Shown here: positions 9,790 to 17,798 of the stretch, piece after piece | How positions within the stretch are numbered: position 1 is the stretch's first letter | Layout: every line of letters begins with the position of its first letter | Program-made: the position numbers and the translations under genes | Notes under the pieces: model-generated | Told to the model about the DNA's origin: nothing | Databases searched by the model: none | The model's input: the letters and a program-made list of their open reading frames with translations, nothing else | NCBI GenBank assembly: GCA_949288735.1 | Contig: CASELE010000007.1 | Span: forward strand, 1,737 to 65,736 | Direction: 5' to 3' | Source: an uncultured Alistipes sp. | Lineage (GTDB): Bacteria > Bacteroidota > Bacteroidia > Bacteroidales > Rikenellaceae | Length of the DNA: 64,000 nt

Positions 9790-11523
9790 ATGAAAAAGTT
9801 TTTCTTTGCAGCCCTTGCTGCGGCAGCCCTGATGACGGTGGGCTGCGATGACGGAGACGAGAGCACCGGCGGCGAGGCCGTGCGTCTGGCCAAGCCCATC
9901 CTCTCTTCGGAGAATGTGACAGAGGAGTCCTTCACGGTGCGTTGGTCGGCCGTGGAGAATGCCTCGGCCTATTCGTACAGCGTAAATGACGGCGATGCCG
10001 AACAGACGACCTCCACGTCGGTGACCATCCAGACCACCGAGGGCGTGACGAGCTATCGGGTAGAGGTCACGGCTCTTTCGGACGACGAGACCCTGTGGCT
10101 CGATTCGGAGACGGCCACCATCACCGTTTCGACCACGGGCGAGCAGCCCGCTGGCGGCGACCTTTCGGAGATTCTCTTCGGAGATGGTACGCAGATCGGC
10201 AACGGCGATGCCGAGTTCGAAATCCGCGGCGAGTACACGCTGCCCAAAGGCACCTATACGCTGAAGGGCTGGGTATACATCTGCGAAGGTTCCAAGCTGA
10301 CGCTCGAGCCCGGTACGGTCATCCGCGGCGACAAGGAGACGCAGGCTACCCTCATCGCGGAGCGCGGCGGCCGGCTCATCGCCCAGGGTACGGCCGACGA
10401 GCCCATCGTCTTCACCTCGGCACAGCCCGCCGGCCAGCGTCGTCCGGGCGACTGGGGCGGTATCATCCTCTGCGGTCGCGCCCGCAACAACAAGACCGAG
10501 ATGGCCATCGAGGGCGGTCCCCGTTCGAAGCACGGCGGCAACGACGACAGCGACAGCTCGGGCGTGCTGAGTTACGTGCGCGTGGAGTTCGCGGGCTATC
10601 CCTTCCAGACCGACGAGGAGATCAACGGCATCACGCTCGGCTCGGTAGGTTCGGGCACGAAGATCGACCACGTGCAGGTATCCTACTCGAACGACGACTC
10701 CTTCGAGTGGTTCGGCGGAGCGGCCGACGCCAAGTATCTCGTCGCTTACCACGGCTGGGACGACGACTTCGATACGGACAACGGTTTCTCGGGCAACGTG
10801 CAGTTCGCCCTCGTGGTCCGCAACCCCCGTCTGGCCGATACCTCCGTGTCGAACGGCTTCGAGAGCGACAACAACGGCGACGGTACGGCAGTCGAGCCCT
10901 ATACCTCGTGCGTCTTCTCGAACGTCACCTTCGTAGGCCCCATCGGTCAGGATCCCGCCTTCGAGAATACCACCTCCTACATCAACGGCGGTGACTACAA
11001 CCCGAACAACGGTTCGAAGCTCGGCCAGTTCCAGTCGGCCATGCAGATCCGCCGCAATTCGCACCTCTCCTGCTTCAACTCGGTGGCCATGGGCTATCCC
11101 GTGGGCCTGATCATCGAGAACGACAAGGGCTCGGCCACCCAGACGGCGGCCACGGAGGGCGACCTGGAACTGGGCAACATCATCTTCGCACAGATGGACG
11201 TGCTCGGCAGCGACAAGAACAAATCCTTCGTCGACGCCTATACGAACGACAGCGACAACATGGATCCCGACGCATCGCGCGAATCCTTCTCGGCCTCCTA
11301 CTTCAAGGGTATCGCGTCGAACCGCGTGCTCGATACGATCGATGAGCTGATGCTCGACGACGAGTATCGTCCGCAGGCCGGCAGCCCGCTGCTCAACGCC
11401 GCATCGTTCGAGAATGCCAAGCTCGCCGATTTCGAGAAGGTCTCCTATGCGGGAGCCTTCGCCCAGGGCGACAACTGGCTCGATGGGTGGACCGAATTCG
11501 ACCCTCAGAACGCGCAGTACTGA
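9790..11523 (+). CDS. Surface lipoprotein with FN3-like N-domain and repetitive beta-rich domain, partner of the TonB receptor
   Basis: Lipobox MTVGC followed by acidic DDGDE; FTVRWSAVENASAY (FN3-like); SGVLSYVRVEFAG..EINGITLGSVGSGT..DDSFEWFGG. Confidence 0.8.
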   Translation: MKKFFFAALAAAALMTVGCDDGDESTGGEAVRLAKPILSSENVTEESFTVRWSAVENASAYSYSVNDGDAEQTTSTSVTIQTTEGVTSYRVEVTALSDDETLWLDSETATITVSTTGEQPAGGDLSEILFGDGTQIGNGDAEFEIRGEYTLPKGTYTLKGWVYICEGSKLTLEPGTVIRGDKETQATLIAERGGRLIAQGTADEPIVFTSAQPAGQRRPGDWGGIILCGRARNNKTEMAIEGGPRSKHGGNDDSDSSGVLSYVRVEFAGYPFQTDEEINGITLGSVGSGTKIDHVQVSYSNDDSFEWFGGAADAKYLVAYHGWDDDFDTDNGFSGNVQFALVVRNPRLADTSVSNGFESDNNGDGTAVEPYTSCVFSNVTFVGPIGQDPAFENTTSYINGGDYNPNNGSKLGQFQSAMQIRRNSHLSCFNSVAMGYPVGLIIENDKGSATQTAATEGDLELGNIIFAQMDVLGSDKNKSFVDAYTNDSDNMDPDASRESFSASYFKGIASNRVLDTIDELMLDDEYRPQAGSPLLNAASFENAKLADFEKVSYAGAFAQGDNWLDGWTEFDPQNAQY

Positions 11524-11553
11524 TCCCGGAATCCACGGTGATTCCGTACGGCG

Positions 11554-11581
11554 GAGCCGGTCCTTCGGGACCGGCTCTTTC
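11554..11581 (+). terminator. Rho-independent terminator
   Basis: GAGCCGGTCC-TTCG-GGACCGGCTC-TTTC. Confidence 0.85.
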
Positions 11582-11697
11582 GTTTCCGGTCCGGCGAAAA
11601 CGGCGCGCAATTGTTCGTTTTCGCCGATTTTATGCTATCTTTGCGTACCGAATACCAATGCGTCCGGAGACGGACAAGAACTCTAAACGACGATACG

Positions 11698-12867
11698 ATG
11701 AAGAGACTCTTATGGTGCCTCGTACTGCTCGTCGCGGGTTGCGCGGCGTCGGCACAGGAGCTGCGCGGCGGAGACGAACTCCTGTCTCCGGAGATACTGC
11801 CCGACAACCGGGTCGTCTTCCGCCTCTTTGCGCCCGGGGCGCAGAGCGTGGAGGTGACGGGCGATTTTCTTCCCGAGCGGGAGACCGACGGGCGCAAGGC
11901 CGAACCGATGAACCGCTCCGAAGAGGGCGTATGGAGCTATACGACCCCTGCGCCGCTGGCTCCCGAGCTCTACACCTACGCCTTCGTGGTCGACGGTCTG
12001 CGGACGACCGATCCGAACAACGCCCACGTCTTCCGCAACGTGGCGACGCTCTACAACATCTTTCTCATCGAGGGCGGGCGGGCCGATCTCTACCGTGTGA
12101 ACGACGTGCCGCACGGCACCGTATCGTATACCTGGTACCTGTCGCCGTCGACGGGCGAGGAGCGGCGCATTGCGATCTATACGCCGGCCGGATACGAAAG
12201 TTCCGGAAACAAGTACCCCGTGCTCTATCTGCTTCACGGTATGGGCGGCGACGAGGAGGCGTGGCTCGCCTTCGGCCGGACGGCCCAGATACTCGACAAC
12301 CTGATCGCCGAAGGATGGGCCAAGCCCATGATCGTGGCGATGCCCAACGGCAACATGTCGCAGCAGGCGGCTCCCGGCGAGTCGTCGCACGGCTTCGAGA
12401 AGCCGCGTTTCGTACTGCCGCATACGATGGACGGCCTCATGGAGAGCCGTTTTCCGGAGGTCGTGCAGTATGTGGACAGCCGCTACCGTACCGTACGCCG
12501 CAAGGAGGCCCGGGCCATTGCCGGCCTTTCGATGGGCGGGTTCCATGCGCTGCACATCTCGAAGCAGTATCCCGATCTTTTTGCCTACGTGGGACTCTTT
12601 TCTGCCGTCATCACGCCGCCCGATTCGGTGCAGTCCGCCGTCTACGACCGGCCGGCCGAAAAGCTGGCAGTACAGTTTGCGCGCCTGCCCAAGCTCTACT
12701 GGATCGGTATCGGCCGTTCGGATTTCCTCTACGACGAGAATGAGGCCTACCGCCGCGAGCTCGACGCGAAGGGGTATCCCTACGTCTATTACGAATCGGA
12801 GGGCGATCATATCTGGCGCAACTGGCGCGTCTACCTTACCGAATTCGTGCCCCGGCTCTTCCGCTGA
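11698..12867 (+). CDS. Exported esterase (CBM48-like domain plus alpha/beta-hydrolase, Fes/XynZ-like)
   Basis: Signal peptide; VVFRLFAPGAQSVEVTGDF; YPVLYLLHGMGGDE; nucleophile elbow GLSMGG; TATCTTTG box 11636-11643. Confidence 0.9.
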   Translation: MKRLLWCLVLLVAGCAASAQELRGGDELLSPEILPDNRVVFRLFAPGAQSVEVTGDFLPERETDGRKAEPMNRSEEGVWSYTTPAPLAPELYTYAFVVDGLRTTDPNNAHVFRNVATLYNIFLIEGGRADLYRVNDVPHGTVSYTWYLSPSTGEERRIAIYTPAGYESSGNKYPVLYLLHGMGGDEEAWLAFGRTAQILDNLIAEGWAKPMIVAMPNGNMSQQAAPGESSHGFEKPRFVLPHTMDGLMESRFPEVVQYVDSRYRTVRRKEARAIAGLSMGGFHALHISKQYPDLFAYVGLFSAVITPPDSVQSAVYDRPAEKLAVQFARLPKLYWIGIGRSDFLYDENEAYRRELDAKGYPYVYYESEGDHIWRNWRVYLTEFVPRLFR

Positions 12868-12973
12868 GCCGGACTCTCGGACGGCTGGCAGGGCACGTTA
12901 AGCCCGGGATCGCGATCTGCATTCGCGGTCCCGGACTTCGTTTGCATGCATTGTCGTAGAATCGCAGATAGTC

Positions 12974-13555
12974 ATGAAAGTATTGATCGACAACGGCCAC
13001 GGTGCGGAGACACCGGGCAAGAGGTCGCCCGACGGGCGGCTCAGAGAGTATGCCTACACGCGCGAGACGGCCATGGAGACGGTCCGGCGGTTGCGCGATG
13101 CCGGAATCGATGCCGTGCGGCTGGTTCCCGAGGAGCACGACGTGCCCCTGTCCGAACGCGTCGGACGGGCCAACCGGTTCCACGCCGATAACGGCGGCCG
13201 CTGCCTGCTGGTTTCGCTCCACTGCAATGCGGCGGGCGACGGGTCGCAATGGCTTGCGGCCCGCGGCTGGAGCGTCTTCGTGGATCCTGCGGCCTCCGGG
13301 GCGAGCCGCAGGCTGGCAGAAGAGCTGGCGCGTGCGGCATCGGAGCGGGGTGTGCGGGTGCGCCGCGAGCATCCCGGCCGCGACTACTGGGAGCGGCCGT
13401 TCTACATCTGCCGGCGCACGCACTGCCCGGCCGTGCTGGTGGAGAACCTCTTCCAGGACAACCGCGAGGATGTCGACTTCCTGCTGTCCGACGAGGGACG
13501 CCGTTGCATCGTCGACCTCCTTACGGCCGGCATCCGTAACTATCTGATGGTGTGA
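12974..13555 (+). CDS. N-acetylmuramoyl-L-alanine amidase (Amidase_3), no signal peptide, lysin-like
   Basis: IDNGHG, REYAYTRE, VSLHCNA, PAVLVENLF Zn/catalytic pattern. Confidence 0.9.
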   Translation: MKVLIDNGHGAETPGKRSPDGRLREYAYTRETAMETVRRLRDAGIDAVRLVPEEHDVPLSERVGRANRFHADNGGRCLLVSLHCNAAGDGSQWLAARGWSVFVDPAASGASRRLAEELARAASERGVRVRREHPGRDYWERPFYICRRTHCPAVLVENLFQDNREDVDFLLSDEGRRCIVDLLTAGIRNYLMV

Positions 13556-14133
13556 TTCTCTTCCTGTGGCTCCCCGGACCTCCGACCGGTTTCCGGCATC
13601 GGACCGGAAACGGCATCCTGTTTGCAGCCGGAGGAAGTCTCCGTGCAGCCCGGACGTTGCAGCCATTGCGTGAACCGGTCGAGCTCCTCTCTGACTAGGG
13701 TGCAGACGTAGAGCACGACCGCGATGTCGTCGATCCAGCCTATCCACGGGAAGATGTCGGGAATGAGGTCGAACGGGCTGATTACGTAGAGCAGGCAGGC
13801 AATCACCTTCACGTAAACCCGTCTCGGGCTCTCCGTGTAGCGGCCTGATGCCACGGCGTTCGTGTAGCTCCACAGAAGAGCCAGTTGCCGCCGTATGCGC
13901 GAGAGACCCCTCTTTTGTGTGAACTCCCCGCGGAGACTCTCGAGATAGTCCATCCGCTTCCGGTCGTCGGCCATCTCTTCGGCCCGATGCTGCCAGCCGC
14001 CGCCTTCGAAGCTGTCGCGGGCGGCCCGTATCGAGGTCGGTGCAGGCGATCCCTCGGTCGTCGGATCCTCTCCGGCAAGCGGTGCCGTCCGGATAAGGAG
14101 CGGCGCATTTTTCATCTTTCCCGTCTTGTGCAT
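13540..14133 (-). CDS. DUF1232/YkvA-family membrane protein (start uncertain, 14133 or 14115)
   Basis: LLYVISPFDLIPDIFPWIGWIDDIAVV signature. Confidence 0.85.
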   Translation of the reverse strand: MHKTGKMKNAPLLIRTAPLAGEDPTTEGSPAPTSIRAARDSFEGGGWQHRAEEMADDRKRMDYLESLRGEFTQKRGLSRIRRQLALLWSYTNAVASGRYTESPRRVYVKVIACLLYVISPFDLIPDIFPWIGWIDDIAVVLYVCTLVREELDRFTQWLQRPGCTETSSGCKQDAVSGPMPETGRRSGEPQEENHTIR

Positions 14134-14145
14134 GAATGTTCCCGG

Positions 14146-14286
14146 TCAATCCTGGCATGCCGGGCAGGTGCAGCGGGCGCTCCATGCGTAGCCGCAATCG
14201 TCGCAGACGAATTGAAGTTCGTCGAAGCGGCAGTGACGGTTGCCGCAGATGGGGCATTCGAGCCCCTGGATGTTCTCCGTATACAT
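14146..14286 (-). CDS. 46-aa Cys-rich zinc-ribbon protein, not in the ORF track
   Basis: Hand translation MYTENIQGLECPICGNRHCRFDELQFVCDDCGYAWSARCTCPACQD*; AT-rich TTAAAACAAT upstream; co-oriented with neighbours. Confidence 0.7.
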   Translation of the reverse strand: MYTENIQGLECPICGNRHCRFDELQFVCDDCGYAWSARCTCPACQD

Positions 14287-14414
14287 GGTCCGATTGTTTT
14301 AAGGGTTGTCCGTGTCGCCCGACAGATGCCGGCGCTTCCGTGAGGAGCGCCGCCTGCCGGACGGGCGATGCGGTCAGGGCCCCGGCGGCTGCCGGGACCT
14401 CCATCTGACCGGAG

Positions 14415-14693
14415 TCAGATGTACTCTTCCAGCCGTTCCGACAGGACGCCGTCCTCGTGCTCGACCCAACGGTTGTGCAGATCCCTGTCCAGCCGTTCGA
14501 TTGTATTTTTCGTCAGATGCTTACGGTTGTAATGGCTGCGGATCTCGTCTTCGTCGATGTCGATTTCGTTGCCGTCGTACGTTTCCGCCCAGGTGCGGGT
14601 GATGCGCACGGGATGAACATCCGACTTCCAGTGATCTTCGGTAGATTCGATGAAGCCGATATCCCGGCGTACGTTCTTGATTTTTCCTTTCAT
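14415..14693 (-). CDS. 92-aa hypothetical protein with a cold-shock-like N-terminus
   Basis: MKGKIKNVRRDIGFIE resembles the CSD start MKGKVKWF..KGFGFI; AT-rich leader TTAAACAACAAC. Confidence 0.65.
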   Translation of the reverse strand: MKGKIKNVRRDIGFIESTEDHWKSDVHPVRITRTWAETYDGNEIDIDEDEIRSHYNRKHLTKNTIERLDRDLHNRWVEHEDGVLSERLEEYI

Positions 14694-14720
14694 AAGATTG
14701 CGTGTTGTTGTTTAACGATG

Positions 14721-14773
14721 CAAAGATCGGACGACACCACGACATAAACTGTCCGGGTGAATGTCTATTTTTG
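14721..14773. promoter_or_regulatory. Divergent promoters with central inverted repeat, candidate WYL operator
   Basis: GATCTTTG on minus 14721-14728 (1 mismatch); GACA-N5-TGTC at 14741-14753; TATTTTTG on plus 14766-14773. Confidence 0.5.
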
Positions 14774-14794
14774 CAGCATCTAAACAATGAAGCC

Positions 14795-15718
14795 ATGACT
14801 AAGAACGGAAAATGCCTCTGGATCGTCGAGACGCTGCTGCGTACCGACGGGCTGTCGCTGCGCGAGCTGAACGACCGTTGGATGCAGTCGTCGCTCTGCG
14901 ACGACGGCCGGCAGCTGCATGAACGCACCTTTGCGCGTTACAGGGAGTTCATCTCCTCGGAGTATGCCATCGACATCGAATATTCGCCGTCGACGAACAA
15001 ATATTTCATCGAAAATGCCGACGAGATACGCGACAATGCGCTCTATCGCTATCTGCTGTCGGCCTATCGTATCGCCGACCTGAACACGATGGCCATACAC
15101 CACCGGAACCGGCTGCTGCTCGAACCGACACCTACGGGGACGCAGCACCTTTCGCCGTTGCTGCAGGCCATCGACCGCGGTGCGACCGTACTCTTCGACT
15201 ACACCTCCTATTACGATGTGGAGCGGTTGCAGCACTGGGAGCTGATACCGTGTTTCCTGCGCATATTCGAGGGGCGCTGGTATCTGATAGCCGAATACAT
15301 GGACCACAGCAAGGCCAAGGTCTTCGCGCTGGAGCGAATCTCCGAACTGCGGATCGGAAGCAACCTCATGCAGCCCGTACGAGTCACCGATGCCGCGGTG
15401 TATTACGCCGACTGTTTCGGAATCATCCGCGAGGACCGGGCGCCCTCGCTCGTCCGTCTGTGGGCCGACCGGGAGCAGCGCTGCTACCTCCGCGCCCAGC
15501 CGCTCCATGAGTCGCAGCGCGAAGTCGAAACGGCCGACGACCACTCCCTCTTCGAGTATTGGGTGCGTCCCTCCTTCGACTTTTACCAGAAGGTTCTCTG
15601 GATGCGCGAGAAGGTGTGCATCGTCTCGCCCGACAGCGTACGCGGCGAGATGGCTGCCATCGTAGGGCGTATGGCAGCCATGTACGGGGCCGCTCCGCAA
15701 GGATCCGGTACGCGGTGA
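14795..15718 (+). CDS. WYL-domain transcriptional regulator (wHTH-WYL-WCX)
   Basis: N-terminal HTH-like GLSLRELNDRW..ERTFARYR; literal RWYLIA and FALERI; start at ATG 14795. Confidence 0.92.
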   Translation: MTKNGKCLWIVETLLRTDGLSLRELNDRWMQSSLCDDGRQLHERTFARYREFISSEYAIDIEYSPSTNKYFIENADEIRDNALYRYLLSAYRIADLNTMAIHHRNRLLLEPTPTGTQHLSPLLQAIDRGATVLFDYTSYYDVERLQHWELIPCFLRIFEGRWYLIAEYMDHSKAKVFALERISELRIGSNLMQPVRVTDAAVYYADCFGIIREDRAPSLVRLWADREQRCYLRAQPLHESQREVETADDHSLFEYWVRPSFDFYQKVLWMREKVCIVSPDSVRGEMAAIVGRMAAMYGAAPQGSGTR

Positions 15719-15826
15719 CCGGGGCGCGTCCGACGGAAGCCGTTGCGGGGCGGGCACAGGTCGTGTATGGGCGACGTGCCCCCGCGCCCGCATGCGCCGG
15801 AACGTCTGTCGGACGGAGGATGTGAA

Positions 15827-17275
15827 TCACTCCGTCCGGTAGCGGACGTCGATCCGCTTCACGATATCGATACCGCAGGCGGCGCGGCTCCCGGCATCCG
15901 TGACGTCGAATGTCCGGTTGAGCGGGATAAAGCAGAGATAGGTCCGCCCCTCGTGGCGGATGCGCGTCCTCGTCGTGGTCGCATCGGCATACTGGAGCAG
16001 CTCCTCGCGCGGAATGCGGTACCACGATACGATCCGGAATCCGCCCTTGCCATCCTCTTCTCTCTCGCACTCGGCGTAGATGTATGCCGAAGAGAAGAGG
16101 CATTCGGTGTGCAGATACTCGTAGTCGCCCGTTTCGCAGCAGAACTCCCAGCCGTCGCCGACACCGGTGCGGCGATACAGTTCGTCGGTCGTTATCGGCA
16201 GCCGGGAGAAGAGCGTGGGGATGCGGTCGTAGCGGTTCGTCTTGAACTCGAACCCGAGACGGTCGGGCCGCCCGTCGTTGAAACTGAAGAACCCGAAGAG
16301 ACAGGCGTCTTCGCGAATCGGCTCTCCGTGACACAGGTGTTCCAGCTCCGACTGGCGTAGGATGGTGAAGGTATGCCCCTCGTCCTCGTCGTCGTAGAGC
16401 AGCACCTCATAGCGGGCCGTGGTGACCCGATGCAGGGTGGTGTCGACATGAATGCGCGTGAGGATGTAGTCCTCGCCCAGTGTCTCGAAGTTCCAGTAGA
16501 CCGAGGTGCCGCATTCGACGGCGTCGGTCCAGAGCCCCTCGATGGCCGGATGCACCTTGTTCCTGCTGCTGGCCTCGTTGGCCCGGTAGAGGGCTTCGGA
16601 CGAGTAGTTGTTCCGCAGGTTCGCCAGTACCTCCTGCGTGAAGGAGATGAGATCCAGACGGGTGTAGAGCTCTCCGTCGCATATCCGCTGCATGTGGCTG
16701 CGGTATAGCATCTGCAGAAAGGGGGCGAAGCGGAAGATGGGACTGTTCTCGTAGAGCGGAATCAGACGGTCACGCAGTCTCGTCAGGTCGCTCTTCAGCA
16801 TGTCGGGCCCCGTGTCGCCCGCCTTGCTGAAATAGGTGGGCAGGATCTTGAGCGACAGGAGAAGGAGCAATGCGACGTCGCAATGGGCGCATCTCTCCGA
16901 CGCTTTCCGGATTTCGGGACTTACCCGCCCGGCATGTTCGGGATCGAAGCGGCAGCGCAGCATCTCGTTGATCGCATCGGTCTCCGCCAGTTTCGTGTGG
17001 CATATGGACCTCCAGAAGCGCGTTGCGTTGCGGTAGTCGGCCAGCAGACCGTCGAGGTCGATCTTCGCGCGTTCCTGCGCCTCGCAGCAGAACTCGTTGT
17101 AGACGCATCGGGCGATGAAGTCCGATTTCTTGTTGAATCCGTTGTTCTGCAGATTCATGTGCGTGTGGCGCGAGAGCTCGTAGGTCGTGTTGCGGATCAG
17201 CCTCAGACGGCGTATGTCGTTGAGCAGTTCGATGTGTGAGAGTTGGGTCTGTGCCATGGTCTTCTCGGTTTGCAT
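15827..17275 (-). CDS. Hypothetical 482-aa cytoplasmic protein
   Basis: Long ORF with its own TAACTTTG box (17283-17290, minus); no motif recognised. Confidence 0.75.
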   Translation of the reverse strand: MQTEKTMAQTQLSHIELLNDIRRLRLIRNTTYELSRHTHMNLQNNGFNKKSDFIARCVYNEFCCEAQERAKIDLDGLLADYRNATRFWRSICHTKLAETDAINEMLRCRFDPEHAGRVSPEIRKASERCAHCDVALLLLLSLKILPTYFSKAGDTGPDMLKSDLTRLRDRLIPLYENSPIFRFAPFLQMLYRSHMQRICDGELYTRLDLISFTQEVLANLRNNYSSEALYRANEASSRNKVHPAIEGLWTDAVECGTSVYWNFETLGEDYILTRIHVDTTLHRVTTARYEVLLYDDEDEGHTFTILRQSELEHLCHGEPIREDACLFGFFSFNDGRPDRLGFEFKTNRYDRIPTLFSRLPITTDELYRRTGVGDGWEFCCETGDYEYLHTECLFSSAYIYAECEREEDGKGGFRIVSWYRIPREELLQYADATTTRTRIRHEGRTYLCFIPLNRTFDVTDAGSRAACGIDIVKRIDVRYRTE

Positions 17276-17538
17276 GCCGCCGCAAAGTTAGCCAAACGCT
17301 CCGGACCTGCCATCGTCCGGGGGATTCCGTCTTCGGTGAGGCCGAACTTTCGTTCCCATCGGTCGTATACTACGGGAGAGTCCGATTCTACCCCGATATC
17401 CCGAATTCCGTCCTGCGGGTATGCCGGCCGGAGCAGGAAATCTTTCTACTTTTGACCGAGAATCTTGCGAACGGTTCGGTATCACGGTCACAGGCGAAAA
17501 AAGTCCGTGCCCGACGGTGCGCGTGCATGAAAAATCCC

Positions 17539-17546
17539 TATCTTTG
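17539..17546 (+). promoter_or_regulatory. TAnnTTTG promoter box driving the structured RNA and AT-rich cargo
   Basis: TATCTTTG. Confidence 0.65.
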
Positions 17547-17550
17547 CGAT

Positions 17551-17770
17551 TGCGGATCTGTGAGGGTCTGCGACAGGATAGATACGTGAATCTTAGGATT
17601 CCTGAACAACAAAACCGCCAATTTTGTCGGTTCCCGCTCGGGGACCGTACCTCAGGGAAGAATAAGCACGGTCTGCACACCATCGTACGGGTGCGGACTG
17701 CTTGTGATTCCATTCTGAGGGAGGGTGCTTGGCGGTGCCTGTTGTTCGGATGGATACGGCAGGTTCCGCA
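17551..17770 (+). ncRNA. Unidentified multi-stem structured RNA or leader (~220 nt)
   Basis: Nested pairings 17551-61/17759-70, 17600-10/17741-50, 17614-21/17729-36; hairpins 17628-47 and 17650-17720. Confidence 0.55.
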
Positions 17771-17798
17771 CCTTCTTGTTTGGATGTTAATTATGTAA

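Noticed and set aside
17551-17770. Retron msr-msd, RNase P, tmRNA or SRP identity for the structured RNA
   Set aside because: No reverse transcriptase (no YxDD ORF) in the window, and no GGAAAGUCC/AACAGAA, tRNA-like ends or SRP loop. A divergent 6S RNA cannot be excluded without a covariance search.
17421-17798. ORF in frame with the TPR-like gene and separated by one stop, suggesting read-through
   Set aside because: The stop is TAA, the upstream translation is not protein-like, and the DNA is better explained as promoter plus structured RNA.
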